Source of the DNA: Rhizodiscina lignyota
Lineage: Eukaryota
DNA length: 64,000 bases
NCBI GenBank assembly: GCA_010015805.1
Contig: ML978125.1
Coordinates: 930,001-994,000, forward strand
Reading direction: 5' to 3'
Shown: piece by piece, positions 25,045 to 36,183 of the stretch
Position numbering within the stretch: the first letter of the stretch is position 1
Layout: the number at the start of each line of letters is the position of its first letter
Translations under genes and position numbers: made by a program
The notes under the pieces: generated by a model
What the model was told of the DNA's origin: nothing
The model's database searches: none
Seen by the model: only the letters and a program-made list of their open reading frames with translations

Positions 25045-25823
25045 GCTGACCCCAGGGGCTGGTGGAAATGAATGACAAGCTCAAATGTGAGAGAAAACAA
25101 AATAGTATTGGGTATACCGCTGTTGAGATTTGCAGTATTTACGAATTCACTCGAGAGCTTTGAAGACAAATGTAAGCGCTTTCTTGTGGAGATCTCAGTT
25201 TATGTAGAGAGCAGATGGGAGGCTGGAAAAATGCGCTATGACTGGCTCCACTGCGGCTGAGCTAAAGTATTCCTGCGGTGACTGAATGAGCAACCCGGAG
25301 AAGGCTGTTGCCTATTTTACAAGTCATAGGGCGATATGAAATTATATATTCTCACAACTGTGAACTAAAAGGTGACTCGAGGAAGCAGAGAGCCTTCGCC
25401 AGGATGAAGGGGTGAACTAAGGAGGCAAGCACCGGTGTGCTAGCTTGTGTGATCGACATGCAGAATGGCGCTGTAGTTGGCGGCAGACACGAGCGATCGA
25501 ATGAACTCCGTTCCATCATACTCCCAATTCTAGCGCCTAAAATGAGCGTAAGATTTTCAGCAAACATACGAGCCTTAGACCCTGGTTCGAAGTAGTTACT
25601 CTACTTCCGTGCCGCTGCTTAGCTTTTCTTATCACGCCCTTCGAGTGGAGACCAAGACATGTTCAATGTCTTTCTTAGTCACCTCCCAGCAACGTCATAT
25701 TTTGCATTATTCCAAGTTGAATAAATGGTTTCAAATACCCTGGAAGCTTTTCTCGATTTCTCTCGAGGGCAGTCTTTTGTCCTCTCTTTTTTAAGTTAAA
25801 ACTTATCTGGTCCTGAGTTCACC

Positions 25824-26792
25824 ATGGGGTTCGAGCAAATCAATATCACAGAAGTCCCATCAGATCTCGGCTCCGTCTATCGGGGCAAGTCTCGCGGCCC
25901 CGGTGCATTTACAAACGCAGGTCTGCTCAGAAAACTTGCGGCTTCGGGAATGGGATTGCGGATAGAAGCAACCGCCTTAGCTGCTGGCGACTTTGCATGG
26001 GCCTCCTCCACGCGAGAGCCAAATGGAGCACGCAACGAAGCAAAGTGTGTCGAAGCTTGCGGACAGGTTCAACGAGTCATCGGACAACGTCTTGCCAGTA
26101 TGGGGCCCGAGAAGACCTTTCAATTGATATTTTCTGGCGAATGTCTATACTGTCCTGCGATTTTGTCGGCTTACTGGCATTATCTGAGTGGGACTGGGCG
26201 GCGTGTGGGCATTATCTACGTCGATGCCGATTGCGATTTGTACACTCCAGTGGAACCGAACTCGACAGGAAACATTGCTGGCATGACACTTACACATCTA
26301 ACACTACGTGATGGGGCGTTGGAGAGTATGAAGGAGTTCAGTCGCCCCGACGGCTCTGGAGTGGTCGACAGTAACAACATCGTTCTGTTCGGACTCAACA
26401 TTGACTCTCCCGCGAACAAGCGTGAGCATCTGGGCTACCTTTTTGACAACAACTTTCGGGTTGTCACATCCCAAACGGTACAGAAAGCGCCGCTAGAGCA
26501 AGCGAGAGAGGCCTTGAAATGGTTGGAAGATCGGGTTGATCTCATTCTCGTCCATTTGGACGTGGACGTAATCGATCCCGGTCTGTTTCCATTGGGCAAT
26601 GTTCCCAGCTGGACAGGCCTTGGATTCAAGGAAACTATGGCTGCGGTTAAAGTATTTCTGAATAGCCAAAAGACTGTAGGACTCAGTGTTGCTGAGGTGA
26701 ATCCTGATCATGCCCCGGGGTTGACGATGACGGGGCAGCTTCTCGACGAGATCATTGAGGGTCTGAAGGAAAGACAGACATCCAGAAACTAA
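25824..26792 (+). CDS. Arginase/ureohydrolase-family protein (atypical ligands)
   Basis: Intronless 322 aa. SRGPGA, FSGEC, YVDADCDL, VHLDVDVIDP and VAEVNPDH motifs. Confidence 0.85.
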   Translation: MGFEQINITEVPSDLGSVYRGKSRGPGAFTNAGLLRKLAASGMGLRIEATALAAGDFAWASSTREPNGARNEAKCVEACGQVQRVIGQRLASMGPEKTFQLIFSGECLYCPAILSAYWHYLSGTGRRVGIIYVDADCDLYTPVEPNSTGNIAGMTLTHLTLRDGALESMKEFSRPDGSGVVDSNNIVLFGLNIDSPANKREHLGYLFDNNFRVVTSQTVQKAPLEQAREALKWLEDRVDLILVHLDVDVIDPGLFPLGNVPSWTGLGFKETMAAVKVFLNSQKTVGLSVAEVNPDHAPGLTMTGQLLDEIIEGLKERQTSRN

Positions 26793-27072
26793 GTCTTCCA
26801 CAAATTGTAACACAGGTCATGAAGACTTGCAATTACGATGATGTATATAAGGAGTGAGGAGTCCATGAGCAGTTGAGATCTCGCGCTAAGCCATAAACAG
26901 ATATTCCCGCGCCTTTCCTGGCGCTTTTTGATCACGCCCTGTGAGTGGAGACATCGAAGACAACGTTTAGTCATCTCTCAAGCACTCCAGAGTTTTTGCA
27001 TCGCAGGTCGTTCTGACAATTCACGTATCTCAAGATAGTGTCCAACCGCTTATCATCTATACTTCGGACAAA

Positions 27073-28629
27073 ATGAGCGACACATTTACTACTGAAAGCG
27101 TCATTGAGCTTCAAACCCACAACAATGAAACTTCTCAATCAAATTGGCAAGCCTCAACCGCACCATCGGATCCCGATTCAATCATCGAACAATCACGCGC
27201 TGCAGATGCTACTGTTCCTGAAGGTGGTTATGGTTGGGTTGTACTTTTCGGATGCGGAGTCATCACATTCTGGTTCGTGGGTACAACGTATTGTTGGGGT
27301 GTTATCCAAGGAGCATTAGTGAAAGAAGGCCTCGCTTCTCCTTCTACGCTCGCCTTTGTTGGCTCCTTGACAGTCGCTTTCATTGCTATCCTTGCAATTC
27401 CTAGCGCGCGTGTAGTGAGAGCACTCGGAGCAAGAAATACCGGTCTTCTGGCGATATCCTGCCTTGCCGCAGGGGAACTTCTCAGTGGCTTCACTACGAA
27501 AAGTGTAGGCGGGTTATTCGTTACTGCGGGCATTGTCATGGGTGTTGGCGTTTCGATGGCTTACATGGTATGTCTTCAACTCGACCTGAGCCCATTTTGA
27601 TTGGGTCTCCATCCATCCTTTGGACTGAATGCTCATTGCGGAAGGTTGTGTCGGCAACGCCAGCTCAGTATTTCTCTCGCAGACGTGGCCTTGCTAATGG
27701 AATCGTCTTTGCCTGTGGTGGCATCGGGGGAGCAGTGATCAGCTTTGCCATGGACGGCTTACTACAGAAACTTGGCCCGGCTTGGACTTTCCGAGTCATC
27801 GGGTTCGTAACACTAGCCACTGGACTCCCAGCAGCTTGGCTCGTCAAAGAGAGGACGCCGATAAGGAACAGGGCACTTATTGACCGGTATGTTGCCGATC
27901 TCACCCAGGTGAAGCTCGTAGTATGGAAAGTTTAACGCTCGTACTGATCGGTGTCGGCCCAGGTATCTGTTTCGGGATATCAAATTCCTCGTTTTATTCA
28001 TCACCGGAGCGATCGGGACATTCCCGCTTTTCGTGCCGCCGTTCTTTCTTCCACTTTATAGTGCTTCTTTGGGAATGTCCGCGAGTACAGGAGCTGGTCT
28101 AGTCGGTAAGCTATTCCATGACCCGTCTTCCATCCTTTCGGACGACTGATGCTGAATTGATCTAGCTGGCTTCAACTTCTCCTCTGCTATAGGCAGAATA
28201 GGCTTCGGCTTTGTGAGCGACATGATTGGCCCGTTGAACAGCTTGTTCATTGCACTGCTCCTCTCTGCGCTCAGTATGCTTGCTCTCTGGCCAGTGTCCA
28301 GCAGCCTTGGCCCACTCATCGCATTTGTGATTATCAATGGAGCTGCGAACGGAGGCTTTTTCTCCCTTACGCCAACTGTAGTTGCGAGCCTTTTTGGTTC
28401 GGCGAGAGTGAGCGTTGCGATGGGCATGATCGTGACGGGGTGGACTGGTGGATATCTGTTGGGTGCTCCGATCGCGGGATACATCCTAAATGCATATGGC
28501 GGACAGAGCGCAGGCTTCGAAGCCTATCGTCCGGCAATTTACTACGCTGGATCAATGGCCCTTGGGGCTGCTGCACTAGCTGGGTTCGTCAGACTGCGTG
28601 TGAGCAGGAGGCTCCTGAAGAAGGCGTGA
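27073..28629 (+). CDS. MFS monocarboxylate-transporter-like (MCH) protein
   Basis: Four exons. VPEGGYGWVV, QYFSRRRGLANG and IGRIGFGFVSDMIGPLN motifs. Confidence 0.88.
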
Positions 28630-29301
28630 AGCTTCGGCATGAGAGCTTCTACGGTAAGGATTGCTAGATAGCGTCCAGATCTGTTTCCATAGCGTCTGGC
28701 GTGCGGAGCCTTTTACTTGCTGGCTGGTGCCGAAACCTGTCCATCTGTGCCTTCTTGCAGCGAGTGAAGTCGTTTCAGTGGAGCGCGAACAGAAACGCTA
28801 GGGTGCGCTCTGATTGGCCACGCTTCCCGCCTAACAAAACATCTGCGACATCTCCCCTCCCTTCACCATGAACATGGACGACTCTAACCACGCGAACAGA
28901 TTGCCCCTCGATCGACATGAAGCCAAGCCTTACCATCTGTGCAGATATCATCTAATCGACATGATACAGGAGTGCGGTGAGGGGGAGATCTTTGACTGGT
29001 CGCTGCCAGCTTTGGGGTGACGGACCTTTGCCTTATGGCAGCTTCTTTGTTCACGTTGTTTTCTCTGTGTGAAGACGCCATCATTGTGATATTACCCATG
29101 ATGTCCACACGTTGTGCGAGTTATACTTCACGAGTTGCACACTCTTGAGTGATGTTAGGGTGCATTCCTCATCTTCATTTTTGGAAGATACATTCTTTTC
29201 TTGAGCGGGTCTCAATCGTTCTTTTCTTGCACTGTTAACCCAGTCCTTCATATCATCTTCTAAGCTCATACCAGCTTCCTCCATCTCGAACATCTCAGAA
29301 A

Positions 29302-29946
29302 ATGATACACTTCGGATCACTCTTCGCTACCCTCGTCCTTGCGCATAGCGCAATATCTGTCCCCGTCGAGGTCGAACGCCGCGATGTGGATGCTGCCACT
29401 AAGGCGCTTCTCACCGCTGCCCCAACAAGCAACACCTGTAGTGGAGCTACATATCCGAATGAATGCGCCACGGCCCAGCAAGCCGCCCAACCCATTATCG
29501 ATGGCTTCGCTCAGTACGGTATCACCACCGTCGGCGAGCAAGCAGCAGCCCTTTCCATCATGATCTTCGAGAGCGGCAGCTTCAAGTACAACGAGAAGCA
29601 CTTCCCTGCACCGGTTCCAGGTCAGGGAACGCGCAACATGCAGAACCCGGAATTCAACCAAAAATATGTCGCTGACCTCGAGAAGAGCGGCAAACTCAAG
29701 AGCTCCGACGTTCAGGCTGCAGGAACCGATCCGAACAAGATTCTGGCTCTAGTGCAACCGGATGAATTCAGCTTTGCCTCTGCTGCTTGGTTTATCTCTA
29801 CACAGTGTGACGCAGCTACACGTGCAGGATTGCAGGCGGGGACTCAAGCTGGCTATACGGCTTATTTGACGAATTGCGTCCAGACGACTGTAACGGATGA
29901 TAGGATTTCTGGATGGAAGGCAGCCTTGCAGGCCGCTTCTGGCTAG
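29302..29946 (+). CDS. Small secreted protein, putative lysozyme-like fold
   Basis: Intronless 214 aa. Signal peptide, Kex2-type RR site, four Cys, and motif GEQAAALSIMIFESGSFKY...GQGTRNMQ...FASAAWF. Confidence 0.75.
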   Translation: MIHFGSLFATLVLAHSAISVPVEVERRDVDAATKALLTAAPTSNTCSGATYPNECATAQQAAQPIIDGFAQYGITTVGEQAAALSIMIFESGSFKYNEKHFPAPVPGQGTRNMQNPEFNQKYVADLEKSGKLKSSDVQAAGTDPNKILALVQPDEFSFASAAWFISTQCDAATRAGLQAGTQAGYTAYLTNCVQTTVTDDRISGWKAALQAASG

Positions 29947-30074
29947 AGGAGAATGTATGATTTTCATTCTTGCGAATCATGCAGACAGTTATGTAGCTGC
30001 AAATTTCGATATTCTTACTTGAATTGATTTCGATTTCGATGCTTTGCTTCCTTCATGTTGTCCAATATGTTTAT

Positions 30075-30503
30075 TTACAAATGGTGTCCAGACCTCTTCT
30101 CCGCTCGCTTATAGACTTTCCCTGCCTCAAGTTGCCTCAACCACATTTCCACAACAGGATAGTCTCCCGGTCGGATTCCCAATTTCTGTGCAATGATGAA
30201 CTGGCAAGAGAAAGACAGCATGCAGTCAGCGGCGGTCACGTCGTTTCCAACGAGATGTTCCCCGTTCCCCCTCTCCAATTCCTTAGTCAACCATTCGAAG
30301 TGCTTCTTGACTGGCTTTGATAGGGTTTTCTCTAGCTCCGCGAGGCCACTCGATCCTGCTAATGACGGAGGAGTGTTGAGCCGGATGAACCAAATCGCCA
30401 GACCATGCATGAGAAATGTGCCTTCCGAGGCCCACATGTACTCTCGCACTTTGCTGCGCAATGCCGCCTCTGTGGGCATCAAGCGGTGCCTGGTGTGTTG
30501 CAA
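30075..30503 (-). pseudogene. Glutathione S-transferase C-terminal fragment (N-terminal domain not found)
   Basis: YMWASEGTFLMH...HLVGNDVTAADCMLSF...YPVVEMWL...YKRA is a GST-C domain. No thioredoxin-like GST-N coding sequence is recognisable upstream before the next gene. Confidence 0.6.
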
Positions 30504-31120
30504 TGTTCCTGCTGACGCTACGCCGACAATTAGGCATATCTATATATCTGAAGAGAATATCTATATGCTTAGGGCGTCGCGGAACTGGCGACTATCACTA
30601 TTTCCTAACTCGGAGTAGAAATGGCTTCGTAAGCGGTGCACTCATCCTCCTGTGTGGCCGCAATTCGCAAATTCAAAAGCATCTTTTTCGACCTGTTACG
30701 TTTTGGGTGGCTTCATACTCCATCACTTTGCCTCAGACACTGTTAGAACCATTGCGGCAATGCGGCCAAGGAATCGTTCGGAAACATATCCTAATAAGGC
30801 ACAATGAAACTACTCTTTACTACTACATGGCTCAGAAAACTTGTTCACTATCGCGCAAAATCACGTGCGTTAAGCATGGCGATGAGGAATCAAGCGGGAA
30901 GATGAAGAATCGATACAATAGAGAAGAAACATTGAACCATGAATGTCTAGTATCGCTTTCGCATTTCTTTCGACTGCATTTATATGGCCCGGGCGAAATG
31001 ACTGCCAAGTACAAAGATCAATGGCATCTCCACTGCTCCGCACAGATGGCTACGCACAGCTCAAACCTGCTGAACATCAAAACACATTCCCATTACTCCG
31101 TATAAATTATTCGATATCGC

Positions 31121-33063
31121 CTAACCCAAGCTCTTGTCATCCATAGCGTCGAAGTTCCTCATCAAGTCATAATATAGCCTCATCCCTTCCAAATGCGCAT
31201 CTATATCGATCCTCTCATCGATCGCGCCACCATTGATCAGTGTCCCCTGCCTCGCAGGTGTAAACCGATATACGTTCTTCGTCAGACTCAAGTAATGCTG
31301 AGAATCTGTGTTGCTCAGCATGATGCTCCCTGCCGGAATCACAGTTCTCTTCTCCTTCCGCTCGGGGTCAGCCGTCGCCACATCGACGTCCTCAAAGACC
31401 TGGCGTATAGTGCCCGCGAAGAGCTTCCAGACACCATTTTTGTCATCCGTTGGCGATACAGGGGAAGGCTCCAGGTCGCTGTTCGATGAAAGCGTGACGA
31501 CGCCTGCAGGGTAATTCGAACCGGGCTCTTCGTAGCCAAATCCCCTAAGAGCTAAGCTATGCCTCTGCACAGTCGGATAAACCAGAGCAGCAACATGTTC
31601 CTTGACCTCTTCAATCGTCTGGTGCGGCGCAATGCGGTAATTGACTGTCACATTGACCGAATCCGGGAGCAGACTATCCTGTACTCCGCCGCGAATGATA
31701 TCCACAGCTTGTGAAGTCCGAACCATGAACTCCACATCTCTGCCCTTATTCTCGAACTTCAGCGAGCCGCGCTCGGCCAGACTTTCGCCGAATTGCAGCT
31801 CGTCCTGGTCACCAGCCAGCGCGCTCGGGAGGAAATTCTCGACCTCTTTGCGTGAGTGACGAACGTAGCATTGTAGCAAATTCCTCAGTGGATTCATAGC
31901 CGCTATTTTCGGTGCGAATGATTTACTTTCGAGTTCGGTGATTATCTCGCTCATGATACCGATGCCGGTGTGCTCTGGAGGTTGAGAACTATGTCCCCCG
32001 CTAACCTCAAGGGACAGGACAACATTAAGAAATCCCTTCTCTTGAATAGCTGGTACAGCGTAGAGCAGAGATCCAAGGGTATTAATGCCCATGCCTCCCT
32101 CATCATGAACCATAGCAAGCGAATCTTTTCCCAACTTCTTTTCGAGATGCTGTGCGATCTGCTTTGCCCCAAGTAAGCCACCAGTTTCCTTATCGAATCC
32201 GAAGGCGAACAAGATCGTCCGTTGCGGCTCAAAGCGCTGCTCTAGTAGCTCCTCGGCGACGGATAGTAGGCCGACCAGGTTGCTCTTAGAATGTGAGCCT
32301 CGACCCCAAACATAGCTGTTGTCATGGAAAGCCTGGTATGGTCGATGTTTCCACTTAAGCCACGGCCCCGAGGGGACAACGTCCTGCTGTGCGGTGAAGA
32401 GAATTGGCTTGAGATTATCGTTCCAGCCCTTCCATGTGTACACCAGACCGTATTTATTGATTGTCTCGACAGTTGTATTCGAATGTCTGTTCGCTGTCAG
32501 TAATATGGCCTCGAATATGTACGTCAGAGACCCGCGTACACTCGAGGGAAATGAGCTTTCAAGACCCTGTGCAAATGATCGAATTTCTCCCATCGACGGT
32601 CTTTTCCGAATGGGCCAAAGTTGTCCTCGATCTCCGTGGGGACATTGATTGCCGCACTTAGTCTTTCAACCTGGCGCTGTCTGCTATCAATGCCCATTAA
32701 TCTACGACTGTCTTTCAAGCCATCACTAGGCGGCTGCGCGACCGATGGAACGTTGCACCATGATTCGATCAACTCTTTGTTATCTGGTGGGAACCCGTGG
32801 AGCGTTGAGCTCACGAATGGAGCCGAGGAACTGATCGTTGGAGTTTCGACTACTCCCGAAGTATTTGATGATTGCTCTGAGGGCTGATTCTTCGACGATG
32901 AGGACGAGGAAGAGGAAGGAAGGAAGAGATTGAATCCATGACGCCGTGTATACTCAACAAGCCCAGCGAAGATGAGGCATATGATAAAGACGGCAGTGGG
33001 GAGTCGCCATGAACAGTACCACGGACGGCGTACTTGCGCCGGATTTTCGCCTTCGCCTCCCAT
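31121..33063 (-). CDS. M20 carboxypeptidase S (CPS1-like) homolog, type II membrane anchored, predicted catalytically impaired
   Basis: Two exons with an intron ~32488-32539. N-terminal TM segment. RLSAAINVPTE, YGLVYTWKG, HDEGG, GGHSSQPP and TSQAVDIIRGG are present, but the metal ligands are altered. Confidence 0.85.
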
Positions 33064-35134
33064 TCTTTCATGGAAGATAATATTCACATTGAGACAAAAG
33101 GAGTGATAGGCGAACGGAAATATCAAGCGAGCAGTAAAGGAATATAGCAGACGTTGACAAATTCAAGCTTTCCATCGTCGACTTGTTCCGAGCTGATCAC
33201 AGCATCCAGATCTCTGCTCTTCTCACGACAATCTACCCTGTATGCATTGGGATGTCACCGAACGAATGTCACTGACCGGGGCCGTACCACCCAGGGCGCA
33301 CTACTTCACGACCCTCGGCCATAGATATGCTAATAATAATAAGTCCATCCGTTCTTGTATAGTATATGCGTCTCTCAGCCTCCAGAACCTCCAATCCTGT
33401 GTTTCTTGTTTGCGGACAACACATGGCAGGCGTGATGTTGATGCCACATGTACGAAGTTGAGCTGACGTCGGACTGCGCTGTCCATGTTTAGTGTCTGCC
33501 AGTGTATAGAGAGAGTTCAATGATGGAAGGTCGAGCCCTGTGGTATACATAGATGAAATAGCCTTATGCTTTCGAAACGGGGGACACCTGACCGAGATTG
33601 AAGGAGTTCGATGTGCGCTTGAATTTCTGGGGTACTGTTATGTAATATATTATTCATTTATGACCTAGCGCCTGTGGATGTATCGAATTTCGACCAGGTT
33701 TTAAATCCTTCTAAGGGTGGCCGGAACGACAAAACCTCCCGACCTTTCCGCGCCGTTTCTGAACGTCCTCTTCCTGAAGCCTCAACGGTTCTGTGGTATC
33801 AATTGCTTCTAATCGCAGATGGGTTCAATTACCTGTGTTCTATATGCTAAAATTCCGCATATCCCTTTCGCTGTTAAGCAAGCCGTAATGCTGCGGCTCG
33901 AGTGCAGCGCTGAAATGATTCTCTGACTTACTCGACACCCACAACGTTGGTAGCCATTTACCCTCGACACCTATGTTAATAGGAGACAGTACTTCGTGGA
34001 CTGGCCTCGTCGGATCATACATTACCCTTCGCTCCTAGTGAGTCCTCCGGCTGTCGCAGAAGGCCACCGCCGATCTCCAATCTCTGGGTATGAGACATAT
34101 CTGTGCCACGCCCTACCCGTATTCATAGCCATAGAAGACCACCATGCGCCCCCAGATCGGTTCAGGGTCAGCACTGTGCCGACTCCTGATCTCTTACTGT
34201 TTCAGGATGGGAAGATAGGACAGGGTGTCCCTCGACTCTTCAACGTTTGAGCTGGATCTTGATATCTTGCCTTATCGGGCACGAGAGCAAGACGCATCTG
34301 CTAATGGATCGCATTATGTGCAGCGGGTGTACTCGAAACGCTCTGAGGCTGAAGTGTCTGTCATTCGTCGCTGCTACTACTGGAGAACCGACATTTTTGG
34401 CTAGGCCTGCATCTAGCGCCGACACCGTACTGCGTTTAAGATAGTGAAAATGGAAATGGCCTCCGGAAAAAGTAGCAAAGGGGAAATGCTCGTGATCTTT
34501 ATGTACAGGTGCCACCTCGTGCCTGTAGCGCCTTATAAGCATAATCCTGTTGGATGAGTAAGGCTGGTCCAATCCTCCAAGCATGTGTGCCCAGCTGTGC
34601 AGAAACCAAGCTCCAGCGCCGAGAATGCTTGAGCTAAACTGGTGGCTGGTGCCGAGTGCTACTCTGTAGGGCGATTGCCGCGATGTGCATCACCCAGCAA
34701 CCTGAATCGCCGTTGCTAAAAATTCCCTTGCCCGCGACTACGTCAACGAAGCAGCGAGAGCAAGATTCCGCAGAGACGCGTCGCTTGCCGCCACGAGAGC
34801 GTCGTCAATTTGCGGAGCACCGCCATTTACGTGCGTCAAGATCTCCCACGAGTCAGGTGGCTTAGACGTCGCAATCAAGCAGGTGAGCGGCTCAGGCCCC
34901 TGTGCAGCTGCTGATGAGTGGTGCTCCAAAGCGAGTGGAACGAAGACCCCTCCCCGCGAACCATTCAAAACCACCCAACGCCCCGGTGCTCAAACCTAAT
35001 CTTGCGGCGTAACGACACATCTCACTCCAACCTCCACCTCACTTCAGAACCACCTCGCTCGCGCTACAATCGCTCCATACTTCTTCAACACATTCGCTGC
35101 TTGATCGCGACCGATTCAATACACCCCAACCACA

Positions 35135-35658
35135 ATGTCTGCGCAAGGTTACTACCAGGGTGGCCCCCAATACCCACAACATCCGCAGCAGAGGTGAGTT
35201 TCTTGGTGACCGTCGCACGACGAGTTTACTCGCCGATATCAGGACACGCGCTCACAATCGTCGCAGTTACGGCGGCCCACCGCCGCAGCAGGGCGGATAT
35301 GGATACCAGCAACAGCCTGTGAGTTAACCTGAAGCAATTCATACGAGGCGATTTGGAAGCTGACATGTCATGCGATAGATGCAATATCAGCCAGGTCCTC
35401 CACCACAGCAGGTCGTCGTCCGCGAAAAGAAGGATAAGGGCTGCATTGGCTCACTGTGAGTTGCTTCTGGACGATTTTGGGCCGATTGGAAGTTAACACG
35501 ACTACAGTCTTGCCTGCTTGTGCTGCTGCTTCGTCTGCGAGGAGGGATGCGAGTGCTGCGCGGTATGCTTCAACCCCAAAGCCTATATATCCTAATCGCG
35601 TAGACTAACATATTTCGTTATTCAGGACTGCTGCGAGTGCGCCGAGGACTGCTGCTAG
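35135..35658 (+). CDS. CYSTM (cysteine-rich transmembrane module) small protein, 91 aa
   Basis: Five exons 35135-35193, 35267-35318, 35379-35455, 35508-35562 and 35626-35658, all with GT-AG introns and branch sites. Spliced protein MSAQGYYQGGPQYPQ...KKDKGCIGSLLACLCCCFVCEEGCECCADCCECAEDCC*. Confidence 0.9.
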
Positions 35659-36050
35659 TCTGGCCGACAGAACTTTATAACGGAGCGACAAACCAACCCC
35701 TTACTTTCACGACCTTGATGAGGAAATTTTTGGCGGATGCATGCTTGGGTGGGACAAAACTTCTGTCGATTCCGGCAATCGAGAGTCTGCACATAAATTG
35801 GTCTCGCTCAAAGCACCGCGAATATGGGATATCTATTGCTTTTTCGAGGATTGCAAGGGTTTCCTTAATTGCGGATGCAAGCGTATAGTTCTCTCTCCTT
35901 CAGAAAATCAGACTGGGTTCTTTTTCTTCTTGCGTGTGCTCTCTGTCTGCCTGCCTACTTTCTCCTTCTGGACCCTGTAGCAACATGAATGCATTGCTTT
36001 GCACGTCCTGATCTTTCGATTTGAAGGCGAGCCTGCAAATCTGCGGCTGA

Positions 36051-36075
36051 GGTCAAGGTCAAGGTCAAGGTCAAG
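36051..36075. repeat. (GGTCAA)4 hexanucleotide repeat
   Basis: ggtcaaggtcaaggtcaaggtcaag between the convergent CYSTM and PRP4 3' ends. Confidence 0.8.
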
Positions 36076-36183
36076 ACTTTGACGTGACAAAGCCGTAGCT
36101 GCGGCAGATATATCTGCATTACCAAAGCATTGCTGAATTTTCTCTGCAATTGGGTATCATATGAAGCGAACTTTTCCAGGTCC

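Noticed and set aside
25575..25600. GGTTCGA resembling a tRNA T-loop in the rvt/arginase intergenic region
   Set aside because: No T-stem pairing or cloverleaf could be built.
33269..34974. Possible decayed gene between the peptidase and CYSTM
   Set aside because: Only short ORFs without recognisable motifs. Cannot be supported without a homology search.
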